In this document: positions 1 through 7,314 of the stretch, piece by piece | How positions within the stretch are numbered: position 1 is the first letter of the stretch | How the letters are laid out: the number at the start of each line of letters is the position of its first letter | Source of the DNA: Candidatus Nanoarchaeia archaeon | Lineage (GTDB): Archaea > Nanobdellota > Nanobdellia > Woesearchaeales > JANQNC01 | DNA: 32,000 bases | Direction: 5' to 3' | NCBI GenBank assembly: GCA_028279745.1 | Contig: JANQNC010000001.1 | Span: 540,001 to 572,000, forward strand | Made by a program: the position numbers and the translations under genes | The notes under the pieces: generated by a model | Told to the model about the DNA's origin: nothing | The model's input: only the letters and a program-made list of their open reading frames with translations | Database searches by the model: none

Positions 1-1
1 C

Positions 2-679
2 AAAGAAGGAAATGTTGCTAAAGCAACAAGAGCAAGCATGTCAATACCTGGAGTTTTTGATCCTGTGGAGATACATGGGAAAAAATTAGTTGATGGAGCG
101 ATGGTAGACCCAATACCTACTGAAGACTTGAAAGAGATGGGAGCAGATATAGTCATAGCGGTTGATTTAAGTATAAACATACATGAATACTACATGAGCA
201 AAAAAGACGTAAAAGAACAAGGCGGTTTTACAGAAGTACTAAAAGAAAAATTAGTGACAGAGGAAATAAGACATCTTAAAACATCAATCAAGAAAAGAAA
301 GTTTTGGGTTCCTAGATTCCTATTGTTCTTATTATCGCCCCTATTAAAACCAAAAAAGATACTTAGATTTATGACCGGAAAACAGATGCCAGAGATAATA
401 CAGATACTGCTGCAAGCACAAGACATGCTAGGAAACCAACTAAGCAAAGAGAAATTAAAGAATCAAGATATTGACGTTGTAATCAAACCAAAGTTCAAAG
501 GAGTCAAGTGGGCAGAGTTCGATAAAACAAACCATTGCATACAAGCAGGAGAAATAGCAGCACTGAGAGCTTTACCAGACATAAAAAAAGCGATAAGGAA
601 ATTTAATAGAGGGAAAAAAGCAAGTTCTGGAAGTAAAAGGAAAAAAGGCAAATTAAAAAGTAAACGTAAAAATAAATAA
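2..679 (+). CDS. Patatin-like phospholipase, C-terminal part (5' end lies upstream of the window)
   Basis: The frame is open from base 2 (KEGNVAKATRAS precedes the listed Met). ATRASMSIPGVFDPV and VDGAMVDPIP resemble the patatin blocks around the catalytic Asp (DG[AG] box). The protein ends in a Lys-rich tail (SKRKKGKLKSKRKNK). Confidence 0.75.
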   Translation, partial: KEGNVAKATRASMSIPGVFDPVEIHGKKLVDGAMVDPIPTEDLKEMGADIVIAVDLSINIHEYYMSKKDVKEQGGFTEVLKEKLVTEEIRHLKTSIKKRKFWVPRFLLFLLSPLLKPKKILRFMTGKQMPEIIQILLQAQDMLGNQLSKEKLKNQDIDVVIKPKFKGVKWAEFDKTNHCIQAGEIAALRALPDIKKAIRKFNRGKKASSGSKRKKGKLKSKRKNK

Positions 680-721
680 ATCATACCTTTGCTAATTAGA
701 GGCGGTTCTGTTTATCACTGC

Positions 722-1315
722 TTAAATTAAGAAAAGTCTATCTTCAAAAATAATAACTTTGACATTCTTGCCAACAGGTAATTTCTTTTGGTTAACAACA
801 GGAACAGAATCATAAGTTGTTGGATGCAAAACTTCTAACTGCGGAGTGTTCTTTGTTACTTGAGTCTTGTGCTTCTTGTCAATCTTTTCCAGTTTCTCTT
901 TATTGTAATCAACAATAACTTTGTTTTTCTTACTTAAGTCTTCCAGTGTAATTTTAGTCTTATTAACAGAAAATACCGAATAAACATTGCCATCAAACAC
1001 CACAACTTCCTTCTTCACCAGTCTTGGAAGGTTTATCAAGACAGTTTCACGAAATATCTGTTTACTGGTTAATTTGTCAATACCGTGAATCTTATCAGAG
1101 AAAATAACTTCCCCGCCTAACCTTTCCTGAACTTTTGAGGCAACAAATCTGAGGAAGGACTTCTTCTTCACGTAGAAATCTACACCCCCCCTAACAATCT
1201 TTTCCTCACTGATCATATTAGGCATTTTCTCTTTCGCAAGCCTTCTGACTAACCTAATCGAGTCATCAGTGCAATTCCTTAACTGCACAATCCCTTCATA
1301 ATAACCTTCGTGCAT
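722..1315 (-). CDS. NMD3-like protein (ribosome large-subunit biogenesis/export adaptor homolog) lacking the N-terminal Cys-cluster region
   Basis: GGVDFYVKKKSFLRFVASKVQERLGGEVIFSDKIHGIDKLTSKQIFRETVLINLP matches my memory of the NMD3 core (G-x-DFYF ... S-x-KL-x-G-x-D ... lp). The track ORF starts at a TTG (1357). The first ATG is at 1315 and lies 26 nt from a TATA box, so I prefer it. There is only one Cys in the whole protein. Confidence 0.5.
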   Translation of the reverse strand: MHEGYYEGIVQLRNCTDDSIRLVRRLAKEKMPNMISEEKIVRGGVDFYVKKKSFLRFVASKVQERLGGEVIFSDKIHGIDKLTSKQIFRETVLINLPRLVKKEVVVFDGNVYSVFSVNKTKITLEDLSKKNKVIVDYNKEKLEKIDKKHKTQVTKNTPQLEVLHPTTYDSVPVVNQKKLPVGKNVKVIIFEDRLFLI

Positions 1316-1336
1316 ATATTCTAGAAATGAAAAAGC

Positions 1337-1345
1337 TTTTATATA
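1337..1345. promoter_or_regulatory. Shared bidirectional TATA box for the divergent NMD3-like and signal peptidase genes
   Basis: TTTTATATA is centred at 1341, exactly 26 nt from the minus-strand ATG (1315) and 26 nt from the plus-strand ATG (1367). It is flanked by A-rich, BRE-like sequence on each strand (aaaagc / revcomp caaaac). Confidence 0.45.
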
Positions 1346-1366
1346 GTTTTGTAACAATAAGTCATT

Positions 1367-2044
1367 ATGAGCTGGAAAAAGATTAAAAATGCAGTGGGAA
1401 AAACATGGAATTTTCTATGGAACGATAACAGCTGGCAAAGCTGGCTAGTATCAATAGTGGTTGCATTTGTATTTATCAAATTCCTATTCTTACCTGGTGT
1501 GGGGCTATTGTTTGGAACACAACTACCAATAGTTGCAGTAGTATCAGGAAGCATGGAACATGGAAAAGTAGGAGACAATGTTTTAGGGATACCCCACATG
1601 TGTGGAAAAAGTTATGTTAAAGAAGATTACTATATGAAATTTGATGATTACTGGCAGGAATGTGGAGAGTGGTATGAGAAAAGAGGCATTACCAAAGAGG
1701 AATTTAAAGAATACTCATTCAAGAACGGATTCAACAAAGGGGACATAATGTTCTTACATGGTGTTGAAGCAGAAGAAGTTGAGATAGGTGATGTGATAGT
1801 CTTTCAAAGCAGACAAAGACCAGAACCGATAATACACAGAGTTGTGAAAAAAACTTTTACAAATGGCAAATACGTATTTGAAACAAAAGGAGATCACAAT
1901 GGAATGTCTGGAGCTGTAGACTTTAACATAACCGAAGAACAACTTTACGGAAAAGCATACTTCAGACTGCCATTACTAGGCTATGTGAAAGTGTTTGCAG
2001 CAGAAGCTTACTATGCAATAACTGGAAAACAGATACCAATATAG
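1367..2044 (+). CDS. Signal peptidase I, archaeal/ER (Sec11, S26B) type, with a large insertion
   Basis: N-terminal TM anchor, Ser box SGSMEH, then KGDIMFL, IGDVIVFQS, the His box IIHRVV and TKGDHNG. This order is typical of Ser/His S26B peptidases. Confidence 0.8.
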   Translation: MSWKKIKNAVGKTWNFLWNDNSWQSWLVSIVVAFVFIKFLFLPGVGLLFGTQLPIVAVVSGSMEHGKVGDNVLGIPHMCGKSYVKEDYYMKFDDYWQECGEWYEKRGITKEEFKEYSFKNGFNKGDIMFLHGVEAEEVEIGDVIVFQSRQRPEPIIHRVVKKTFTNGKYVFETKGDHNGMSGAVDFNITEEQLYGKAYFRLPLLGYVKVFAAEAYYAITGKQIPI

Positions 2045-2055
2045 GAGGAAAAAGA

Positions 2056-2358
2056 ATGTTTTGCCCAAAATGCGGATCAATGTTAATACCTAAACAAGGA
2101 AAAGTTGAATGCAGCTGCGGATACAAAAAAGACGAAGCAGGAGATTTCAAGATAAAACAAGAGTTAGAAGAAAAAGAAGAAGTCCAGCTGATAGACAAAG
2201 AAGTTGAGATAAGACCTTTAGATAAAGATGCAGAATGTCCTGAATGCGGCCACAAAGGCGCGTTGTACAGAACACAACAGACAAGAGCTTCAGACGAACC
2301 GGAAACAAAATTCTATGAGTGTGAGAAGTGCCATCACAGATGGAGAGATTATAGTTAG
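2056..2358 (+). CDS. tfs: Transcript cleavage factor TFS (RNA polymerase subunit M-like zinc ribbon protein)
   Basis: N-terminal CPKC...CSC ribbon and C-terminal CPECGH...QQTRASDEPETKFYECEKCHHRW with the acidic DE loop. AGGAGG lies 7 nt upstream of the ATG. Confidence 0.85.
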   Translation: MFCPKCGSMLIPKQGKVECSCGYKKDEAGDFKIKQELEEKEEVQLIDKEVEIRPLDKDAECPECGHKGALYRTQQTRASDEPETKFYECEKCHHRWRDYS

Positions 2359-4191
2359 CTATTTTTTAGACTTTTTATTTGATTCTTTACTTACTTTCGC
2401 CAACGCTCGTTTAATAGCAGAAGAAAACCAAACATAAGCAAACAACAACCCTGAAAAGAAACCGATAAAGAAAAGCAAAGACTGCTTTAATATGGGCGAT
2501 ACAAAAGTACGATCACTTCTCTTTTCAAAATACAGATCAGTATTAGAAAGCTCTAAAGCGTACTCTGCATACAGCAAAGCAGCACCAGGATCGTTCTCTT
2601 TTAGACTTGAAGCGTACTCATAGTAACTGTAACCAAGAATAGGAAAAACACCATAATGAGTTTGTCTCCCAATGCTTTGTTCAACTGCATCAAGCTTAAC
2701 ATCAATAAGATCACTAAACTCAGACCTATTAACGCTGACAGAACTCATAAAACCATTAATGTTAGCTTTTAACTCAGAAGATTTCAACAAACAGAGTTCA
2801 TACTCTTCTTGCTCAATAAGTTCTGTAATATCATCTAGCTCATCATTTAGAGCTATAATACTCAAAGGAAAATGAATCCTGCCATACTCAAACCTTTCCT
2901 GAGCTTCAGAAAGCTTCAAAAGACAAGCACTCTTCACTTTACTACTGTCCAAAATAAACTCAGTCTTACCAGAACCAAAAAAAGACGACCAAGATCTTAC
3001 TGTGTAAAGTCTTTCAATAGAAGTTGCCAGATAGTAAAGAGCAGAATCCGTCTCGTTAATCTTAAGCCTGTCAACTGTCAGATCCAAAAACCTCTCAGCA
3101 TCATAAAGCCTGTCTTTGACAATCATATAAGTCTGCAAATCAGTTATTGTGCTGTGGTTTGAGTTATTAAGCAAAGATCTAAATTTAGAAATCTGAGAGT
3201 TGGTGCTAGAAACTAACGAATTAATTTCATCAATAGAATAATCTTCTTGTACGAAATAAAGAAACTTGTGTCTTATATTATTTGAGTAACAGAAAGACGC
3301 AGCAGAATAGTGGTCATTTAGGCTTAGCGAGATGTTAGCTTTTTGAGAATCGTTAATTGAGACTTTATAGATTTCAGAAACATTAAAAGAAGAATTATCA
3401 AGCTGAACATCTGAAAATTTGTAACTAGATGACAAATCGTTGGAACGATTGCATAATTCAAAAGCTATCTTTTTCATTACATCTGCATAAGAGTTATCAA
3501 CAGAAAAATTAAACACTTCTTCTTTCCTTTTTCCTGTAAGAACATGCATAACATCATCTAAAGTAGCAACCTCAATAACTGAAATGTTATACTGAGAAGC
3601 ATAATCAGAAAGGTTAAGCTCTCTCTTTGTTATGTTGGTTGTGTTTGTTTCATTAACAGATACATTGATTATTTCTTCGGCATCGACAAGCGTGCTTCCT
3701 TTAGGGATCAAAACAGTAGTTATATTTGCTGCATATGCCGCGTCAACTTTCGCTTTTAATGCGCCGACATTACCTACAAAACCTCCAGAGTTGATAGTGC
3801 CTGTGATGGCAACTGAGTTATCAACCTCGTAACCTTTTAGCAATGAAGCGGTTAGAGATGCTATGCTGGCACCAGCAGAAGGACCTCCAATGATTGACGT
3901 GTCTGAAGTTATCCTATAAAAAAAATCATAGTTGTTGCAGTCAACATCAATATACCTGCAAGCAATATCTTTAGCAAATCTGGTTGAAAGTTGAGTGTCC
4001 ATCTTAGCCAAAGGGAAAGTTTCCATAAACACCCTGCCCCTGCCAGGAGTAATCTCCAAATAGAGACTTGCAGGGCTTCCTTGATATTCCCCATCTACAT
4101 CCTTAGCAGCCAATAAAGGCATATGACCTTCAACAGCAAAAGCTAAAGGAAACATCAAGAACACTAAAAAAAGTACCATTATCTTTTTCAT
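2359..4191 (-). CDS. Secreted, C-terminally membrane-anchored Lon-like (S16) serine protease
   Basis: Signal peptide MKKIMVLFLVFLMFPLAFA. The Lon proteolytic-domain motifs IIGGPSAGASIA (Ser) and GALKAKVDAA (Lys) are present. A long Asn/Ser-rich region follows, then a C-terminal TM helix and basic tail. The listed 695-aa ORF is trimmed to the Met at 4191, which has a TATA box about 27 nt upstream. Confidence 0.7.
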   Translation of the reverse strand: MKKIMVLFLVFLMFPLAFAVEGHMPLLAAKDVDGEYQGSPASLYLEITPGRGRVFMETFPLAKMDTQLSTRFAKDIACRYIDVDCNNYDFFYRITSDTSIIGGPSAGASIASLTASLLKGYEVDNSVAITGTINSGGFVGNVGALKAKVDAAYAANITTVLIPKGSTLVDAEEIINVSVNETNTTNITKRELNLSDYASQYNISVIEVATLDDVMHVLTGKRKEEVFNFSVDNSYADVMKKIAFELCNRSNDLSSSYKFSDVQLDNSSFNVSEIYKVSINDSQKANISLSLNDHYSAASFCYSNNIRHKFLYFVQEDYSIDEINSLVSSTNSQISKFRSLLNNSNHSTITDLQTYMIVKDRLYDAERFLDLTVDRLKINETDSALYYLATSIERLYTVRSWSSFFGSGKTEFILDSSKVKSACLLKLSEAQERFEYGRIHFPLSIIALNDELDDITELIEQEEYELCLLKSSELKANINGFMSSVSVNRSEFSDLIDVKLDAVEQSIGRQTHYGVFPILGYSYYEYASSLKENDPGAALLYAEYALELSNTDLYFEKRSDRTFVSPILKQSLLFFIGFFSGLLFAYVWFSSAIKRALAKVSKESNKKSKK

Positions 4192-4236
4192 TGACGGAGA
4201 ATTAAAGGAAGTAGTATAAAAATATTTAGGAAAACA

Positions 4237-4287
4237 GCTGTCCCGCCCAGCTGGCATGCGAAGCGGGCGTAAAGCCCACTGGTGGCG
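4237..4287. other. GC-rich palindromic element between divergent promoters (function unknown)
   Basis: 36 of 51 nt are G or C in an AT-rich context. It contains CCAGCTGG (4247-4254), GCATGC (4254-4259), stem CCCGC (4242-4246) / GCGGG (4263-4267), and an alternative stem GGGC (4265-4268) / GCCC (4274-4277). Confidence 0.3.
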
Positions 4288-4320
4288 TTTAAAAGCAAAT
4301 AATAACAAATCCATAACCTT

Positions 4321-4329
4321 TTTATAAAA
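4321..4329 (+). promoter_or_regulatory. TATA box upstream of topA
   Basis: TTTATAAAA is centred 30 nt upstream of the ATG at 4355. Confidence 0.4.
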
Positions 4330-4354
4330 CACATAAAACCAGCTTATAAACAAA

Positions 4355-6418
4355 ATGGGATATGAACTTATAATCACTGAGAAGCCAAGTTCTGCAAAAA
4401 AGATAGCGGACGCTTTAGCAGACAGCAAAGCAATAAAGAAAAACAATAAAGGGATCCCTTATTATGAACTTACACACAACAAAAAAGACGTCGTAGTTGC
4501 GTGTGCAGTAGGACACGTATATGGATTAGCTGAAAGAGAAAAAGGAGCTTGGACATACCCCGTTTATGACATCGAATGGAAACCAAGCTATGAGGTAAAT
4601 AAAGGTTCAGCACACACAAAAGCATACTTACAAACAATACAAAAACTAGCAAAAGGCGCAGATTCTTTCCTTGTTGCAACAGATTATGATATTGAAGGTG
4701 AAGTTATAGGGTTAAACGTAGTTAGGTTTGCATGCAAACAAAAAGATGCAAAAAGAATGAAGTTTAGTACCTTGACCAAAGGCGAATTAGTCAAATCACA
4801 CGACGGCGCGCAAAAAACACTAGACTGGGGACAGGCAACAGCGGGAGAGACAAGACACGAACTAGACTGGTACTACGGTATAAACATTTCAAGAGCGCTA
4901 ACACTGGCAGTAAAAGAAGCAACGGGCGGATACAAACTATTAAGTTCTGGGAGAGTTCAAGGGCCCGCACTTAAGATCGTTGCAGAAAAAGAAAAAGAGA
5001 TAAAAGCGTTTGTAGCAAAAAAATTCTGGCAAATACAGTTACTGACTGAAACTGATAAAGGAATACTAGAAGCGTGGCATAAAGAAGACAAATTCTGGGA
5101 AAAAGATAAAGCAGATGAAGTGATGAACAAAGTAGAAGGACAGAAAAAAGGAAAAGTAGCAAAACTAGACAAAAAAGAATTCAAACAACAACCCCCCAAC
5201 CCATTTGATCTTACTTCTTTGCAGACTGAAGCATATAAATTATTCAAAATTAAACCAAAAGAAACACTGGAACTTGCCCAATCACTATATACTGGAGGAT
5301 TCACCTCCTACCCACGAACAAGCTCACAAAAATTACCTGCAAGTTTGGATTACAAAAAAATACTAAACGGGCTGAAAGGAATTGGCGACTATAAGAAAAA
5401 ATGTGAAGAGCTGCTTTCTTTGAAAGAGTTAAAACCAAACGAAGGAAAGAAAACAGATGATGCCCACCCAGCAATACACCCAACCGGAGAACTTCCTGGA
5501 AACTTAAGTGCACGAGAGCAGAAAATATATGACCTGATCGTTAAAAGATTCATGGCAACTTTCGGAGAGCCAGCAATAAGAGAGACAAACACCATAACGA
5601 TAGATGTCAACACAGAACCATTTGTAGCTAAGGGAACTTTGACAAAAGAAAAAGGTTGGCACCACTTCTACGAACCTTACGTAAAACTAGAGGAAGAGGA
5701 ATTGCCTGTGTTAGAAAAAGATTCTGAGTTAGATATCAAAGATGTGACACAACACGAAAAAGAGACTCAGCCACCAAACAGATACAACCCTGCATCACTG
5801 ATCAAAGAACTGGAAAAGAGAAATTTGGGGACTAAAGCAACAAGATCAGCAATAATAGAAAACTTATACAATAGAGGCTACATAAAAGAAGAAAGAATGG
5901 AAGTTACTGAGCTAGGGATGAAAACAGAACAGGTATTGGAGAAGTATATTCCAGACATAATAGATGTCGAATTAACAAGACAGTTTGAGGAAGAGATGGA
6001 AGAAATCAGAAAGAAAAAAACAACCCGAGAAAAAGTCCTGGATAAAGCAAAGAAAGTACTTAATGACATTCTTAAAAAATTCGACACCAAGAAAAAAGAA
6101 GTTGGGAAAGAGTTATCAGAAGCAAATAGAACCACAATAAACGTAGCAAACTCAGTAGGTAAATGTCCTAACTGTGACGAAGGGATGCTGATCATACGAA
6201 AAGGAAAATACGGCAGATTTATCGGATGTAACAAGTATCCAGACTGCAAAACAATCTTTAAAGTTCCGCCAAAAGGAATGCTTAAACCGACAGACCACTT
6301 ATGTGATGAATGCGGGTATCCAGTTGTATACATAAAAGAATTCAAACAAAAAGCAAGAGAAGTATGCATCAATCCAAAATGTCCAACATGGGATCCTAAA
6401 TATAAGAAAAAAAGTTAG
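4355..6418 (+). CDS. topA: DNA topoisomerase, type IA (TopA / archaeal Topo III-like)
   Basis: TOPRIM start LIITEKPSSAKKIADAL, DYDIEGE, active-site Tyr context GGFTSYPRTSSQ, and C-terminal zinc ribbons (CPNCDEG...GCNKYPDC and CDECGYP...CINPKCP). Confidence 0.95.
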   Translation: MGYELIITEKPSSAKKIADALADSKAIKKNNKGIPYYELTHNKKDVVVACAVGHVYGLAEREKGAWTYPVYDIEWKPSYEVNKGSAHTKAYLQTIQKLAKGADSFLVATDYDIEGEVIGLNVVRFACKQKDAKRMKFSTLTKGELVKSHDGAQKTLDWGQATAGETRHELDWYYGINISRALTLAVKEATGGYKLLSSGRVQGPALKIVAEKEKEIKAFVAKKFWQIQLLTETDKGILEAWHKEDKFWEKDKADEVMNKVEGQKKGKVAKLDKKEFKQQPPNPFDLTSLQTEAYKLFKIKPKETLELAQSLYTGGFTSYPRTSSQKLPASLDYKKILNGLKGIGDYKKKCEELLSLKELKPNEGKKTDDAHPAIHPTGELPGNLSAREQKIYDLIVKRFMATFGEPAIRETNTITIDVNTEPFVAKGTLTKEKGWHHFYEPYVKLEEEELPVLEKDSELDIKDVTQHEKETQPPNRYNPASLIKELEKRNLGTKATRSAIIENLYNRGYIKEERMEVTELGMKTEQVLEKYIPDIIDVELTRQFEEEMEEIRKKKTTREKVLDKAKKVLNDILKKFDTKKKEVGKELSEANRTTINVANSVGKCPNCDEGMLIIRKGKYGRFIGCNKYPDCKTIFKVPPKGMLKPTDHLCDECGYPVVYIKEFKQKAREVCINPKCPTWDPKYKKKS

Positions 6419-6434
6419 AAAAATAAAATAAGAA

Positions 6435-7232
6435 TTATTTCTTTTTAACAGTAATTATTGCAACTAAAGCAACGACAATAGCCAATAAAACAATTACACC
6501 AGCATCATTAATTTCAGGAATGTCATCACCTTGCTGAGAATAAGAATTATACAAACCAGAAACCTCAGACTGACTCAAAGTACGATTCCAAATAGCAACA
6601 TCATCAATCAAACCATTCCAATAAACAATAGAAGATACAGAATAAGAATAAGTTTTTCCAAAAAGTAATCTCTCCCCTGAATCCATAATTCCATCATTAG
6701 TGCCTGAATTTTCTAAAACACCATCCACATAGATATAATGTGAAGTACCACTTTTTACACCAACTACATGATGCCAATCAGAATCTACATGAGAACTAGA
6801 AGAAATTCCTTGTGAAGTTGCAGCATTTCCAACAAGCAACCTGTACTCATCAGTACCTGTTCCGGTTATACCCCATCCGAAATAGTTTCCAGTGTATATT
6901 ATTTTACCAATCAATTGATTAAAATCACCATTACCAGGGTCATTATTTTTAACCCACAAACTCATTGTAAAATTATCAAGATTTAAACTAGAATCATGTG
7001 TAACTTCAACATAATCAAGATCACCATCTAAATCAAAAGCTTGACCAACTATACCCGTTGCATAAGTATTAGCAGCAAAACTACCATGATTACTGCCAAC
7101 AGCATCATTAGCAGTATTATCAGCAGTCCAATAAGAAACTAAACCAGTACTATAATCCAAAGGGCCCGCACTAACAAAAGCAATACTAAATAAGACAAGT
7201 ATTGTAAATAGAATAGATTTGTTTGAATTCAT
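6435..7232 (-). CDS. Secreted LamG / concanavalin A-like lectin domain protein with C-terminal TM anchor
   Basis: Signal peptide; FDLDGDLDYVEV, FTMSLWVK, WHHVVGV...HYIYVDGVL and GLIDDVAIWNRTLSQSEVSGLYN fit the Laminin_G_3 pattern. The C-terminus is IPEINDAGVIVLLAIVVALVAIITVKKK. Confidence 0.75.
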   Translation of the reverse strand: MNSNKSILFTILVLFSIAFVSAGPLDYSTGLVSYWTADNTANDAVGSNHGSFAANTYATGIVGQAFDLDGDLDYVEVTHDSSLNLDNFTMSLWVKNNDPGNGDFNQLIGKIIYTGNYFGWGITGTGTDEYRLLVGNAATSQGISSSSHVDSDWHHVVGVKSGTSHYIYVDGVLENSGTNDGIMDSGERLLFGKTYSYSVSSIVYWNGLIDDVAIWNRTLSQSEVSGLYNSYSQQGDDIPEINDAGVIVLLAIVVALVAIITVKKK

Positions 7233-7284
7233 ATATTAAAAATCATATTTACAGTATAAAAACCTTTCTGTTACTAAGCAAAAA

Positions 7285-7293
7285 TAATATATA
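7285..7293 (+). promoter_or_regulatory. TATA box upstream of the NurA-like gene
   Basis: TAATATATA is centred 26 nt upstream of the ATG at 7315. The divergent LamG gene has its own box (complement of 7255-7262), about 26 nt from its ATG at 7232. Confidence 0.45.
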
Positions 7294-7314
7294 GAAATCA
7301 GACAAAACACCCTT

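Noticed and set aside
2-679. The patatin-like phospholipase as the effector of a defence system (CBASS-like or similar).
   Set aside because: Only the C-terminal part is in the window, and the downstream neighbour is a convergent housekeeping-type gene. Any partner would lie upstream, outside the sequence, so nothing here supports a defence call.
4237-4287. The GC-rich island as a tRNA, a split-tRNA half or a C/D box sRNA.
   Set aside because: It is too short for a tRNA and lacks a T-arm-like GTTC-Pu-A-n-n-C sequence. There is no TGATGA or CTGA box pair and no ACA motif. It is kept only as an unexplained element.
4192-4446. An 85-codon N-terminal extension of the 695-aa minus-strand ORF, overlapping the topA start and crossing the GC-rich island.
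   Set aside because: The extension has no signal-peptide logic and runs through the divergent promoter region. The internal Met at 4191 is followed by a textbook signal peptide and has a TATA box about 27 nt upstream.
5878-6372. Long antisense ORFs opposite well-supported genes. This one is opposite topA. Others are 190-447, 4957-5304, 11481-11807, 12693-13067, 15579-16043, 18720-19151, 25886-26341 and 26489-26902.
   Set aside because: Their Leu/Phe/Ser/Cys-rich translations are the expected complement of purine-rich sense strands. All lie inside genes with clear family motifs, and none has start signals.
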